A stretch of 64,000 nt of DNA, from positions 19,532,001 through 19,596,000 of the forward strand of contig NC_087250.1 in the NCBI RefSeq assembly GCF_037042905.1, given 5' to 3'. A program made the translations under genes and the position numbers. Origin of the DNA: Lytechinus pictus. Its lineage: Eukaryota. A model generated the notes under the pieces. That model saw only the letters and a list, made by a program, of their open reading frames with translations. It searched no databases and was not told the origin of the DNA. Of the stretch, positions 13,301 to 25,300 are shown in pieces (position 1 is the first letter of the stretch; the number at the start of each line of letters is the position of its first letter).

Positions 13301-16300
13301 TCCAATTTATTAACTCATATGACACCCAAATTGCCTGGGAATGATCATTAAAGTATTTTGATGTATTTTTCTTCATTATTTAAGCAAAAGGAAACAAATT
13401 AGTAAACATAAGAAATATACAATATAAACAATATTAGAATTTTAGGCTCCCCATAATTTTAGCACAGACTTAGACCATGGTCTAAGTTAAACCTGACTTC
13501 AGAATACAGGCCAGTGAAACCAGAGTTTAAATTAAACCTGACTTCAGAATACGGGCCAGTGTGTTTCTAGACCAAGTGGTTATACATACTGCAGTCATAC
13601 CTTTAATCAAAATTATATCTATTTCAGATGAAGCCCCCGAATCTCCTGATAGTGATGATTTCAATGAAGGAGACTTGGACCATTTTGGTAACGATGGTAA
13701 ATAGCCTTGATTCTTCTTTACTTTTTGCATTATTATAAAATAGTGATAGGAATCCTCATCAAATGATTGTTGAAAAATCTCTCGAAATGACAAATCAGTA
13801 ATGCTTATAAGTAAATTTGCTAATGACTGTTAATTGCAACTAGTTCCCTGGAGATGAGGATCAAATAATACAATCGCACATTACTATCTTATAAAACATG
13901 TTTTTCTTAACGTTTTTGCTTGGGCATACACTTGTTTTTGAAATAATACAAAAGAACTTGGCTATGCTTCGGGCATGTTGACAGTGTTCCAAATGTGCCT
14001 TGTATGTGTGATCCTTACTAATGCCCTCGACGATGTGTATTATTTTTTGTATTCTTCCAGATCCAATGCCAATGTCAATTGACAATATCCTGAATCTTGG
14101 TCAGCCGGAGCCTGAGGTTGTGAAGGAGCATGAATGTCTTGACGACCAGGTGAATTGTGGGATATGCGGACACAGCTGCTGCTGTGCAAACTACATAACG
14201 TTCCACATGGAGATTCACAATGAGGAATCTGACACATGCGGCAAGTGTGGGAAGGAATTGGGTGACCTTCCAGCCACTCGAGTTCAAGGTGGACGCATCT
14301 GCAGCATTTGCACTTCCCGCTCAAGGAAACAGATGCGCCTCCATCAGATTCTCCGCAACAAGGTCTTGCCTCCTGATTCGCCAGTCAGTGAATCGACGCC
14401 GCAGCGGTTGGAGTGTCCACAATGTCCAAAGAGCTTTGTGGATCGCCGGTCCTTCCGGGAGCATCTTCGCATCCATTCAGGCGAGAAGCGCTACCACTGC
14501 TCCTTCTGTGGAATGGCGTTCTCGCACAGCCGCAACTTCAAGCGTCACATCCAGAGGCACACTGGCGAGAAGCCCAACTGGTGCCATATCTGCAATAAGG
14601 GTATCTCAGGACACCTTGCCAGGCACATGCGGAGCCACTCTACAGAGAAGAGCTATGTCTGCAACATGTGTGGTAAGGGATTCAACCGCTCAGAACATCT
14701 CAAGAGGCACCTGAAGACACACCTTGGCACGAAAGAGGAGTACCAGTGCCATATCTGCGCAAAGAAGTTCATGCGAAAGGAGCACTTGAAGCGACATGTG
14801 AAGTCTCACATGGATGGTTCTCTTGGATCAGAGGGAGATGCTACATCTACTGAAGCAAGTCCAGGTAAGATGAAGCTACACCAACGTTCTTGTGTGACCA
14901 GGGTCGTGTAATGCAAAATACAGTGCTTAATTTTACGATTGATTTTCATGCTGATGGTACACTGTGTTTTTCTTTTGTGAAAAAGTGTCCTACGATCAAT
15001 CCTAAATCTGTGTGTTATTAGGCAATGGAGGTGGTTTCATGAAGGGACACTGTTGGCACCAAATTAAGTTTGAGATTAATTTCCATGGGACCTTGGTTAG
15101 TTGGATTGGGATATACTAAGTAGTTGATAATATATGGGTCATTTAATATAGGCTGTCAAGGTAGATTTCCTGTCAGAAACACATGGAGTTCTAAATTCTA
15201 AGAGGCAAGATATCAGTGACTTTGTATCTTTCGTTCGTTGACAAATGTCACAATATTTTGATTTTTTTATTTGTTTGTCAGAAGTTTGTCATATCCTGCA
15301 GCCCGATTACATGTATCTCAGTTTTTGGATGCACACGCATCAGAATATAATATACAATATAGGAAGCGCTAGTTGCTTTATGGATTATATACAGTATCAC
15401 CATTCCAATCCCCATTTCATACATTTAATCACAAGCAAGTTATCATCAAAAAGTTCTTTGTCAGTCTTTATCTACACCAAGGAAAACAATTAAAAAATGA
15501 CCAACAAAGGGCCATTGAAAATCATAGACGACAGCTTTGAACAAACTGGAGTCGTTTTTGTTTGTTTGACTGTATTTGGCATTACATAGCTTGTGATATT
15601 GATTGCTGTTTATATTTACCTTGTTCTTGATGTACAGTAAAACCTGTGCGTCCACCGGTGAATGATCAGCCCTACAAGGAACATCCCTGCACCTACGACG
15701 TTGCTGTGTGCGGTCTTTGTGGTGACGTCTGTTGTTGTGCCAACTACATTCCCTATCACATGGAAGTGCATGGAGAAAAGGCCGAAGACTACATCGATGG
15801 GCGTCTAGTCAAGAAAGAAGTCGCACCCATGCAATGTGGCAATGGAGGAAAGACAGTCAGGGAGCACTCCTGCACCTTCGATCCTGTCTCCTGTGGCCAC
15901 TGCGGAGAGGTTTGCTGCTGTGCAAACTACATACCCATACACATGGATCTTCATGGAGAGAAACCAACCGACTTTGCCAAAGACCAGATCCTCAAGAATG
16001 TCAGAGAAGAAGTCCAGATAAAGGTTGATGAACGGATACCAGAGGAAGCCCCTGAATCGCCTAAGGAACAATTGGAAGATCACCCGTGCTTGGGAGAAAA
16101 GGTTGTCTGTGGTATTAGTGGTGAGACATTCTGCTGTGCCAACTACATTGCGCTATACATGGTGAAGCACACCAAGCAGGCTGCAGAGACAAGAGGAGAG
16201 GATCATCCTGATGATATCCTTGAGAAAGCTCTTCATGCTTCTGAAATTATTGGCGATGTCAAACCACACCCTTGTACTCACGAAATAGTTAGTTGTGGGG

Positions 16301-19300
16301 TCTGTGGAGAGCCATGCTGTTGCCCAAATTACATTCCTTTCCATATGGAGCTGCACCGTGAAATCTTGGACCAGGAGACAGTCGTCCAAGAGGAGGTTGT
16401 GGGCGTTGCCGATGAAGTAATACCCATGAAAGAAGAAGCTCATGAAGCTGATACTACAGGTATGATTAGATACAGGTTACTTTGCCAAAGTGAAATCTTT
16501 TGGACCACAAACATTTGTTTGACTGGGAGAAATTTGACTTACAAGAAATATATATACTGGTGAGTAAAAAAAAAAATGACACCTCACAAATCCCCAATTT
16601 AAGGGAAAAGTATGTCATGCACACATAATTATTATATATGGCCTGAAAGAGTATGTTTTCCCAAATAATATGATACCATATTTATGTGGTATGTGTTAAT
16701 GCTTGGATGATCAGGAGGTATTCTTTGCAGTGATGTAAATTTTGATTTTTGCCAAAGTAAGGCATGACTGCAAAGAATGAATCTATATGTCTATGATGCC
16801 ATGATCCTACAACGGTTGCAATAACATGCATTTCAGAACACTTTTGCAATAATTTACATTATAATTGTTTGATAAACACTTTTTAGTATCAATTCTGAAA
16901 TCAATTTCATTAAAAAAGGGATTTGCAAACATATTTACTAACTCATGTAGGATTATGACGTCAATGGCATCTGGATTCATTCATTGCAGTCATGCCTTAC
17001 TTTGGCGCAAGTCAAAATTCACATCACTGCAAAGAATACCTAATGATTATCCAAGCGTTAACACATACCAAATGAATATGGTATCAAATTAATTGGGAGA
17101 AGATACTACAGCCATATATACCGTATTTTCCGGTATATAAACCGCGGCCGTGTATAAACCGCACCCCCAATTTTTGACTCTTGGAAAAAAAAAATTAAAA
17201 AAATTGAGGAAACCAGAAATAGTGAAATCTGTGTAATATTCTATATATTTGAAGGAATATCTTCATGCATTCTCCGTGATACTGAAGCAATAAAATATAC
17301 GAAAAGATATTATTTGTTCGATGCAAAGTGTTTTCACTTCGACAATTTTGACGCAATTATCTCGCTCATGCAATACACAGCGATAATGCCTGTACCGTAC
17401 CGGTACGTGGTGCTGAGTCTATGGGCAGCTGCCGGCTGCCCCGAGCTCTGCCTCTGGTACGTCCAAAGTGATTCGTCCTGATGTATGAATTTTGCATAAA
17501 TACTCATAAAACAGACTTATTACCTGTTGACGACGAATTGGGATTGTGTTTACTTAAGCAACTCAACACCATCACATGACCAAATAATTTGAGAACGGAC
17601 TGTTGGCCGAGCGAGACGAGCAGTCACGTCGGCTTTTAACTTTTTTTTTCTGAGCATACATGGAGGGAGCGCATGCGCGTTGCTCGTGAGTCGCCGCAGC
17701 CAGGGGGGGGGGGATGGGAAGGGACGATCGGGCATTGCATCTTGCATTGATATTAAGTTGTTTTTTTAAATGAGAAAAATGATGTGATGTGGATGTGGAT
17801 GAAATACAATTTTACAAAGTAACAAATACAAAGTTCTCCATTGCTGCAAAAGCAATCAATACCGGTAGATGGCGCTTCAACACGTACAGTCTTCAAGTTT
17901 AGTTAGCTGCACATTAGAAAGGCCTCGAGCAAGATTTGTTTCTTTCTGGGATTTTTCTTATTTTTGGTTTGGAAAAGCGATAGTAGGCAGCTTTAAAATT
18001 TAGTGCCCTACTGTTCAGTATTAGAGGTATGACATTAGCTGTCAATTACACTAGCAGATCGGTCAAACAGAAGAGGGTAAAATCTTAACTACGTCTACGG
18101 TACTGCGCGACGCTCCGCCTTCAGTTTCCCTGTCGCTAGGCTGCGGCGCGCCCAGCGCCGGCCAGCCATGCCAGCAGGCACTGGCAGGCGCTACCGAGGA
18201 GCGCTTACCGAACATGGATTGGCCGTCTCGCGAACACCACGACAAAAATCATTAAATTATGAAAAGAGAAAGACAGAGATGATGTAAAGTGAGTTTTATT
18301 TCATTCTTTTTACAAGTCCACGTTTCAAACATGTCACACATATGCTAAATTTTCATCAAGTCAATCAAGTTTCTGAGGTCGGATTTCTCTGTGTTCGTGT
18401 ATAAACCGCACCCCCCATTTTCGAGGTTTTCCCCGACAGAAAAAGGTGCGGTTAATACACCGGAAAATACGGTAATGATGCGTTCATGACAGATCTTTTT
18501 CCTTAAAATGGGGATTTGTGAGGTGTCATTTTTTTTTTACTCCCAAGGTATGAATTACATGTTTCGCTTAATCTGGTCTGAAAATACTGCTTGGACTTGG
18601 GAAATAAACACATGTTTACCCATATTAGGTCAAACCTTGTTCTATCGCTTGTAGAGACAATTGAAAACATACATTGTTTCAATTTTCTTGCCAAGTCATC
18701 CACGCAACATCGCGGAACTGCTTTTCATCACAAAAGATGGCTGCGTAACCTTGAAACGGGTGCCTGGTCTTAAAATTTGCATTGCCTTTGCCCTTTGGCT
18801 ATTTTTCAACAGAGAGAAGATTGACTTATTGAGATTTCTACTTTTTTTCATAATATCTGTAGGTGAGGTCCAAGATGTCCCAGCTACTGTTGCTGACGAA
18901 GCTGTTGAAGCCCCAGAGGGTGTTGAAGCACCAAGAGCAGTGACAGCATCAGAGACCGCCGAGGTTGTGAATAATGGTAGTGCACGTGCAGTGGTAGAAG
19001 AACATGCGGAAGAGTTTGACTGGGCCAGTGTCGCCAATTTCCTCCAGGGAATCCCTGAGCCAGGTATGTGGTGAGGGCGGTAGGGGGAATCCTATGAGAA
19101 ATGTTAGACTAGAAGCTTATTTTGCCTCCGCAAAATGAATCTGCCGGACTTTAACAAAACTCTAATATATGTTGTGTGATTTATATATAAAGACACTGGC
19201 AATGCTGTGGCTTGACTTACTTCTTTGAAAATGCTGACTTCCTTACCAATATCAGATATTAAATTTCTGAAATATCCTAGTTCACGTTGGCAGCTCTGCT

Positions 19301-22300
19301 CGCAACTCATTTCTGTTCCTTAGTCAGTGTAAGGCAGAAGTCATCCTGCTTTCTTCTACGGGATGTTTATTAACGTGTGAAACGGTAAATTGCCAATTCG
19401 TCTATTGCCAAATCATCCACTCACCATTTGGTGTACTTTCATTTAGTCTAATGCCATTCCGTCCATCAACATTTCATCTAACAACCATTTGGTCCAATCA
19501 TCAATTCATCTAATCACCATTTCTTCTCACACCCAGTCGGTCTAATATCCATTTCATTTTCATTTATTTTGCACAATTTACATTTACCGGTAGTCCAATT
19601 AGACCAAATGGTATATGGATTAAATGTCTATTGGACCAACTGGTTATTAGACAAAATGGTGAGTGGACAAATTGGCAATTAGACCGTGTGGATAGTTGAC
19701 AAACTGATAGTAGACCAAATGATAATAGACAAGTTGGCATTTGGATGAATTGGCATTAGACGAATTGGAAATTAACCTGTGAAATTAGTGAATAGAGTTT
19801 AATTCCAAAATTGTATGACTCTTGATGCCAGGCTGCTTCATTATGTGATGCAACTTGACATAAATATTTTAAGGGATACTCATACCTGCCAACCATTCCG
19901 ATTTTGGCGGAATTATACCGATTTTTTAGCCTCCATTCCGAATTCCGAATTTTTAAACCGAAATTCCGATTTTTGGGTCAATCAATATAGTGTTGAAATT
20001 ATTGAAACGGCTGTATGATGCGACTAACGCATAAGCGGCTGTAACATACGACTAACGCATAAACAACTGGAGCGCACGGCTAAGTGCTAAGTGCACAGTT
20101 CCATTGCAATTGCATGTGAAAATTACGAGCAGCGCGCGGCCGATATTAGCGTTGACTTCCGGAACAAAATGGCGGCTGACATCGGCTCGCGAAAGTGCCA
20201 GTTTTCAGTGAGGACACGTTTTCAAAATCCACGAACATCGGAAAAACCGTGAAAAATTCACTTTTTTAGACCCCTTGTTTCCTAACTACGATGTATAGAA
20301 TTAACGATGGTGATATTTTTGACGCGAAATATGGTGATTTAGTAAGAAAATTTCACTTTTTATTCGAGGTTTTGCCCTTTTCGCCGGATGATTTTGTATT
20401 GTGGAATGAGTTAGTGAATGAGTCGTGTTTTGGTGTCTAGAGTGTGTTGGTAATATCATTGATGAGTCTGCTGACCGGCTGCTTAAATTACCCGGCCGCT
20501 CGGCCGGCCGCGCCGTGCACATGGGGAGGCTCTGCTGCAGTTACTCAAGTTAGATCTATCCCTACGCAATGTTAAAATTGATCTGTACTTTATTTTTTCG
20601 AATAATTGTCAAATTTGTGAGAAAGAAAGGAAATTATCAACTTTCGAGTCAAGTTGAGCCATCGGAGCTGAACGCCAAATCTACTTGCTTCGCTTGCCTA
20701 AACTCCCGGCGCCCGAGTTGCTGCGCCTCAGCCTCCCAGTCTCACCGGCGCACCGCAAGTGCAGTGGTGGTTGCGGGTCGGGCGTATGCCGCCGTAAGCT
20801 TCGGCTCCGTTTTTGTCATGGCTGAAAATCTGCTTTCTTATGCCAACAAGCACTTATCTAATAAAGTTTATGATATAACCTTGTCCTCAGTCACTACTCC
20901 TGTGTGGTGAAATATAAACATGAATAAGATGACAATGTTTGGCTTATTTTGATGCATATGATAGACTTGATATAAATGATAAATAAATGTTAGATTTTTT
21001 TGCACTCAGTTTTTAATACAGTAGGCCAACTTGAATCTGAATTAATGATACAAAATATCCCTTGGCCCAAAACTCAATTGTATTCTTGAAATTATTTTTT
21101 TTCTGATTAAAAAGAGAATCTTTCCAGAAACTTTCCAACAATAGAGGGCATCACAATTTATTAAAAAATTAAATTATTCCTAAGTCTATATAGATTTCAA
21201 TGAAAACAAATCACACCTGAATGAAACTGGGTGTATTTTTTGTCACAAACGTGATATCTTCAAGACCTTTGTTTTAATGTTTAATTGACAAATGATATTA
21301 TATTACATATAAGTAGACTAACGTTACATGTAGGTCATCCTGTAGGTCATCCTGTGGTATGGTAAATAGGGTAAATTTGCTTTAAAAGGGGTAGAGAAAT
21401 GCTAATTTTACATGCAGAAAATGCAGAGTCCCTACCATGGGAGGGGGAAACCATCTCGCGTGCGACCCGTTCGGGGCCCTCGTGGCTTTGATACTGATTT
21501 TTTATTATCAAAGGTTGGCAGGTATGGATACTATGTTTTGAAAAGGACACTTGCGTTTGAGGTGGCGGGCCATGGGGGAAAGGGGGCGAAGACATGGCGA
21601 AGCAAGTGATGGAGGCAAGTAGGAATAATTGGTTGAGGGACGAGGTTGCACTGAATGGTCACACGTTTTCTGCGGGCTTTATTTCTTCTTATAAGACATA
21701 GGGTTAGGTTTGCAATAGGGTTTTATGTTAGGTTTAGGATAGGGTATGGTGGTCTATCCAGGGTTGAAGTTGGCCATTCCATTAATGTGTGGAATTTGCA
21801 GCGGAGCAATTGTCGCCGGAGCATATGTCATGGAACTGCACTGAATAGAGTAAAATAGAGGGAGGGGATGAGGGTGATTACTGTGAGATCGCTCTGATTT
21901 TCCTGTTTTTGCAGCAGCGAATTACAAAGTTCAACACATTTTTGTCTCACCTGCATAGCAGAGTGAGACTATAGGCGCCGCTTTTCCGACGGCGACGGCG
22001 GCGTCAACACCAAATCTTAACCTGAGGTTAAGTTTTTGAAATGACAGCATAACTTAGAAAGTATATGGACCTAGTTCATGAAACTTGGCCATAAGGTTAA
22101 TCAAGTATTACTGAACATCCTGCCTGAGTTTCATGTCACATGACCAAGGTCAAAGGTCATTTAGGGTCAATGAACTTAGACCATGTTGGGGGAATCAACA
22201 TCAAAATCTTAACCTAAGGTTAAGTTTTTGAAATGTCATCATAAATTAGAAAATATATGGACCTAGTTCATGAAACTTATACATAAGGTTAATCAAGTAT

Positions 22301-25300
22301 CACTGAACATCCTGCATGAGTTTCACGACACATGACCAAGGTCAAAGGTCATTTAGGGTCAATGAACTTTGGCCGAATTGGGGGTATCTGTTGAATTACC
22401 ATCATAACTTTGAAAGTTTATGGATCTGATTCATGAAACTTGGACATAATAGTAATCAAGTATTACTGAACATCCTGTGCAAGTTTCAGGTCACATAATC
22501 AAGGTCAAAGGTCATTTAGGGTCAATGAACTTTGGCCAAATTGGGGTATTTGTTGAATTACAGCCATAAATTTGAAAGTGTGTTGGTCTAGTTCATAAAA
22601 CTTGGACATAAGAGTAATCAAGTATCACTGAACATCCTGTGCGAGTTTCAGGTCACATGATCAAGGTCAAAGGTCATGTAAGGTCAAAGAACTTTGGCCA
22701 CGTTGGGGGTATTTGTTGAATTGCCATCATATCTCTATAAGTGTATTGGTCTAATTCATAAAACGTGGAAATACGAGTAACCAAGTATCACTGAACATCT
22801 TGTGCGAGTTATAGTAGTTTTCAAAATCAGCACTGCTGCTATATTGAATCGCGCGATGCAGGTGAGACGGCCAGAGGCATTCCACTTGTTTTTTTTTGTC
22901 TTTCCTTCTGTTTTTGCTTTCGTGAATTGATTTTGATAATTCTGTTTCTCTTTTTTTTCCATTTTCCATTTTCTGAATGGAAGCCTTCCCACTGATGTTA
23001 TTTATTTCTTATGTGTTTAATTTTGTTTCTTCATACTGTTCACATATTTTCTGAACAGTTAAAAGTGACATTCTTGAGTTTATTTCTTCTGTAGATCCAT
23101 TACCTGTTCCTCCGCCCATGGCCACCGTAACCAACGTTGAACCTTTGAACGGATCACCAGTGAAGGTGGAACCTTCCCAGGTTCAAGTCCAAGAGAGTCA
23201 GGTGGATGATCATATATGTCTTCAAGCTCAGGTGACCTGTGAAACCTGCGGCCATGTCCTGTGCTGCATCAACAACCTCATCCCTCACCTCGACACCCAC
23301 AAGGTCATGACCGTACAGTGTGAGGTGTGCCACCAGGAAGTAGAGATGACCAGGACTGCCACAGTAATGAAAGATGGCGTGAAGATCTACAAGTGCGGTG
23401 CCTGCGTGATGGGCCTGCCAACGATGCCATCAAGGTCCTCCAGACCTGCACAGGTAAGAGATTCCGAAGGAGGTCCCACACCGAGTAAGAATATCCCTTG
23501 TCCGCACTGCCCCAGGGTGTTGAAGTGCCGCAAGGATTACACCAGGCATATCAAGATCCATGCGGAAGTCAAGCCGTACAAGTGTGACATCTGCGGCAAG
23601 GAGTTCACAGCTATGGCCAACTTGAGGCGTCACCTGGATGCGCATGCTGGGGTGAAGGCGCATGAATGCACGATCTGCGGGCAGTTCTTCAGCGGACACA
23701 TGGCCCGTCATATGAGGACACACACCGGGGAGAAGAAATACAACTGCGAGATCTGTCCCAAGGGTTTCAATCGAATGGAGCATCTGAAGAGGCACCTGTG
23801 GCAACATCTCAAGGATGGCAATGCCCCAAGCGATCATAAACAGCTACGTGAGTAAGATTACCCAGGCTTCCATCTACCCCTTCCCACAATCCCTTGCCCT
23901 AGTAACTGTATCGAGCTTGAACTGTCTCAGAGTCTGTAGGTTTTGCATTCATGTAGCTTTAGTCCGCGTGTGCTTCACGGTGGTGTCTTTTGGTTTGGCA
24001 ACATAGTGACTTCTTGAGACCTGACGAAAAAGTTTGTGCATCTGTGTTGCTTTGGCTGGCATATGCTTCCAGGTGAAAACGTTATTGCAACAGTCACACC
24101 AACGAATCCGACTCCAAACTGACCGATGGTATTCCAATCAAAATAACGTAATATCTTTGATCGGTCTGTGTTGGTGTGACTGCGGTGTGACGCTCTATGT
24201 TGTTCAAGTTATTAGTTGAAGATTTTGCAGCATGGTGTTCTTCAAGGTAACATTGTGGGCCCTCTTTTACAAAGGTACAATTTAAGTCATGGCTTTGACC
24301 AGTGGTCCAACCAATGTTTGGTTGGCAGGTATGGTACAAAACTTGAATTGAAAATACATGCTTGCTCCATCATTAGCTTTTCTGTTTTTACAAAAGATTA
24401 TTTACAGATGTCTAGGAGTCATGATTGCAAATAATTTTTCTTGAAATCTGTAGAAACAGTTGTGACGACTGGCTTTCCCTACCCAAACCACAAACTTAAA
24501 AATCTTGTTTGAATAATTATACCCTTGTCAAGATGGGCCTCCATTGGCCTGTAGCACCAAGAAGTACGATGGGTTGTAAATGTGAAAGAACAAATCTGGT
24601 TGGTTCCTGGTCAATGGTTTGAACAAGATACACATGCAACAATGATTTTGATTGGTTAGTGTCATGTTGTGATTTGATGACATTTCTTTTGTGTTACAGG
24701 GTACCGTTCTGCCAGCCTGGTTGATGTTTGATACTAATACTCTAGATTTTATTGCACTAACTATTGTATTATTTTGCATGCTACTTTCTGTATTAAGCTT
24801 TTACTATTTGTCGTAACAGCCTCTTCATTGCTGATGTTTTTTACTTGACATAAAATGTGATATACCTGAACATACCATCAAACCCGTGAGACATTTTTAA
24901 AGAAGAAACTGGACAAATATTTGGACAAAAACACACTAAAATAAAATAGACAATGTGTTATAGTCGTCAATTTCTTTGAAGAAATTATGATTTAACATGA
25001 TTGTCCATAATTATCAATTATTATTGGAATGTATGAAGAGATTTTCATTTTCTATTACTAAAGCGGTTAATTAGTTTAATTTCTATCATGTATTTGAATG
25101 ATCATTCATTCATATTCTACGTTTTTCCTTTTTTTTTAATATGAGGTGACAAATCAGTGCCTTTGTTGATTTGTTTTTCAATCAGATAGTGCATTGGTCA
25201 ATGGATACTGATTGGTGTTAAAAAAACCTCTAAAAAATTCATGAATGGTCCCATTTCTGGAAATGTCTTTGAAATTTTTGCTATTTCTTGGCTGTCCGGA

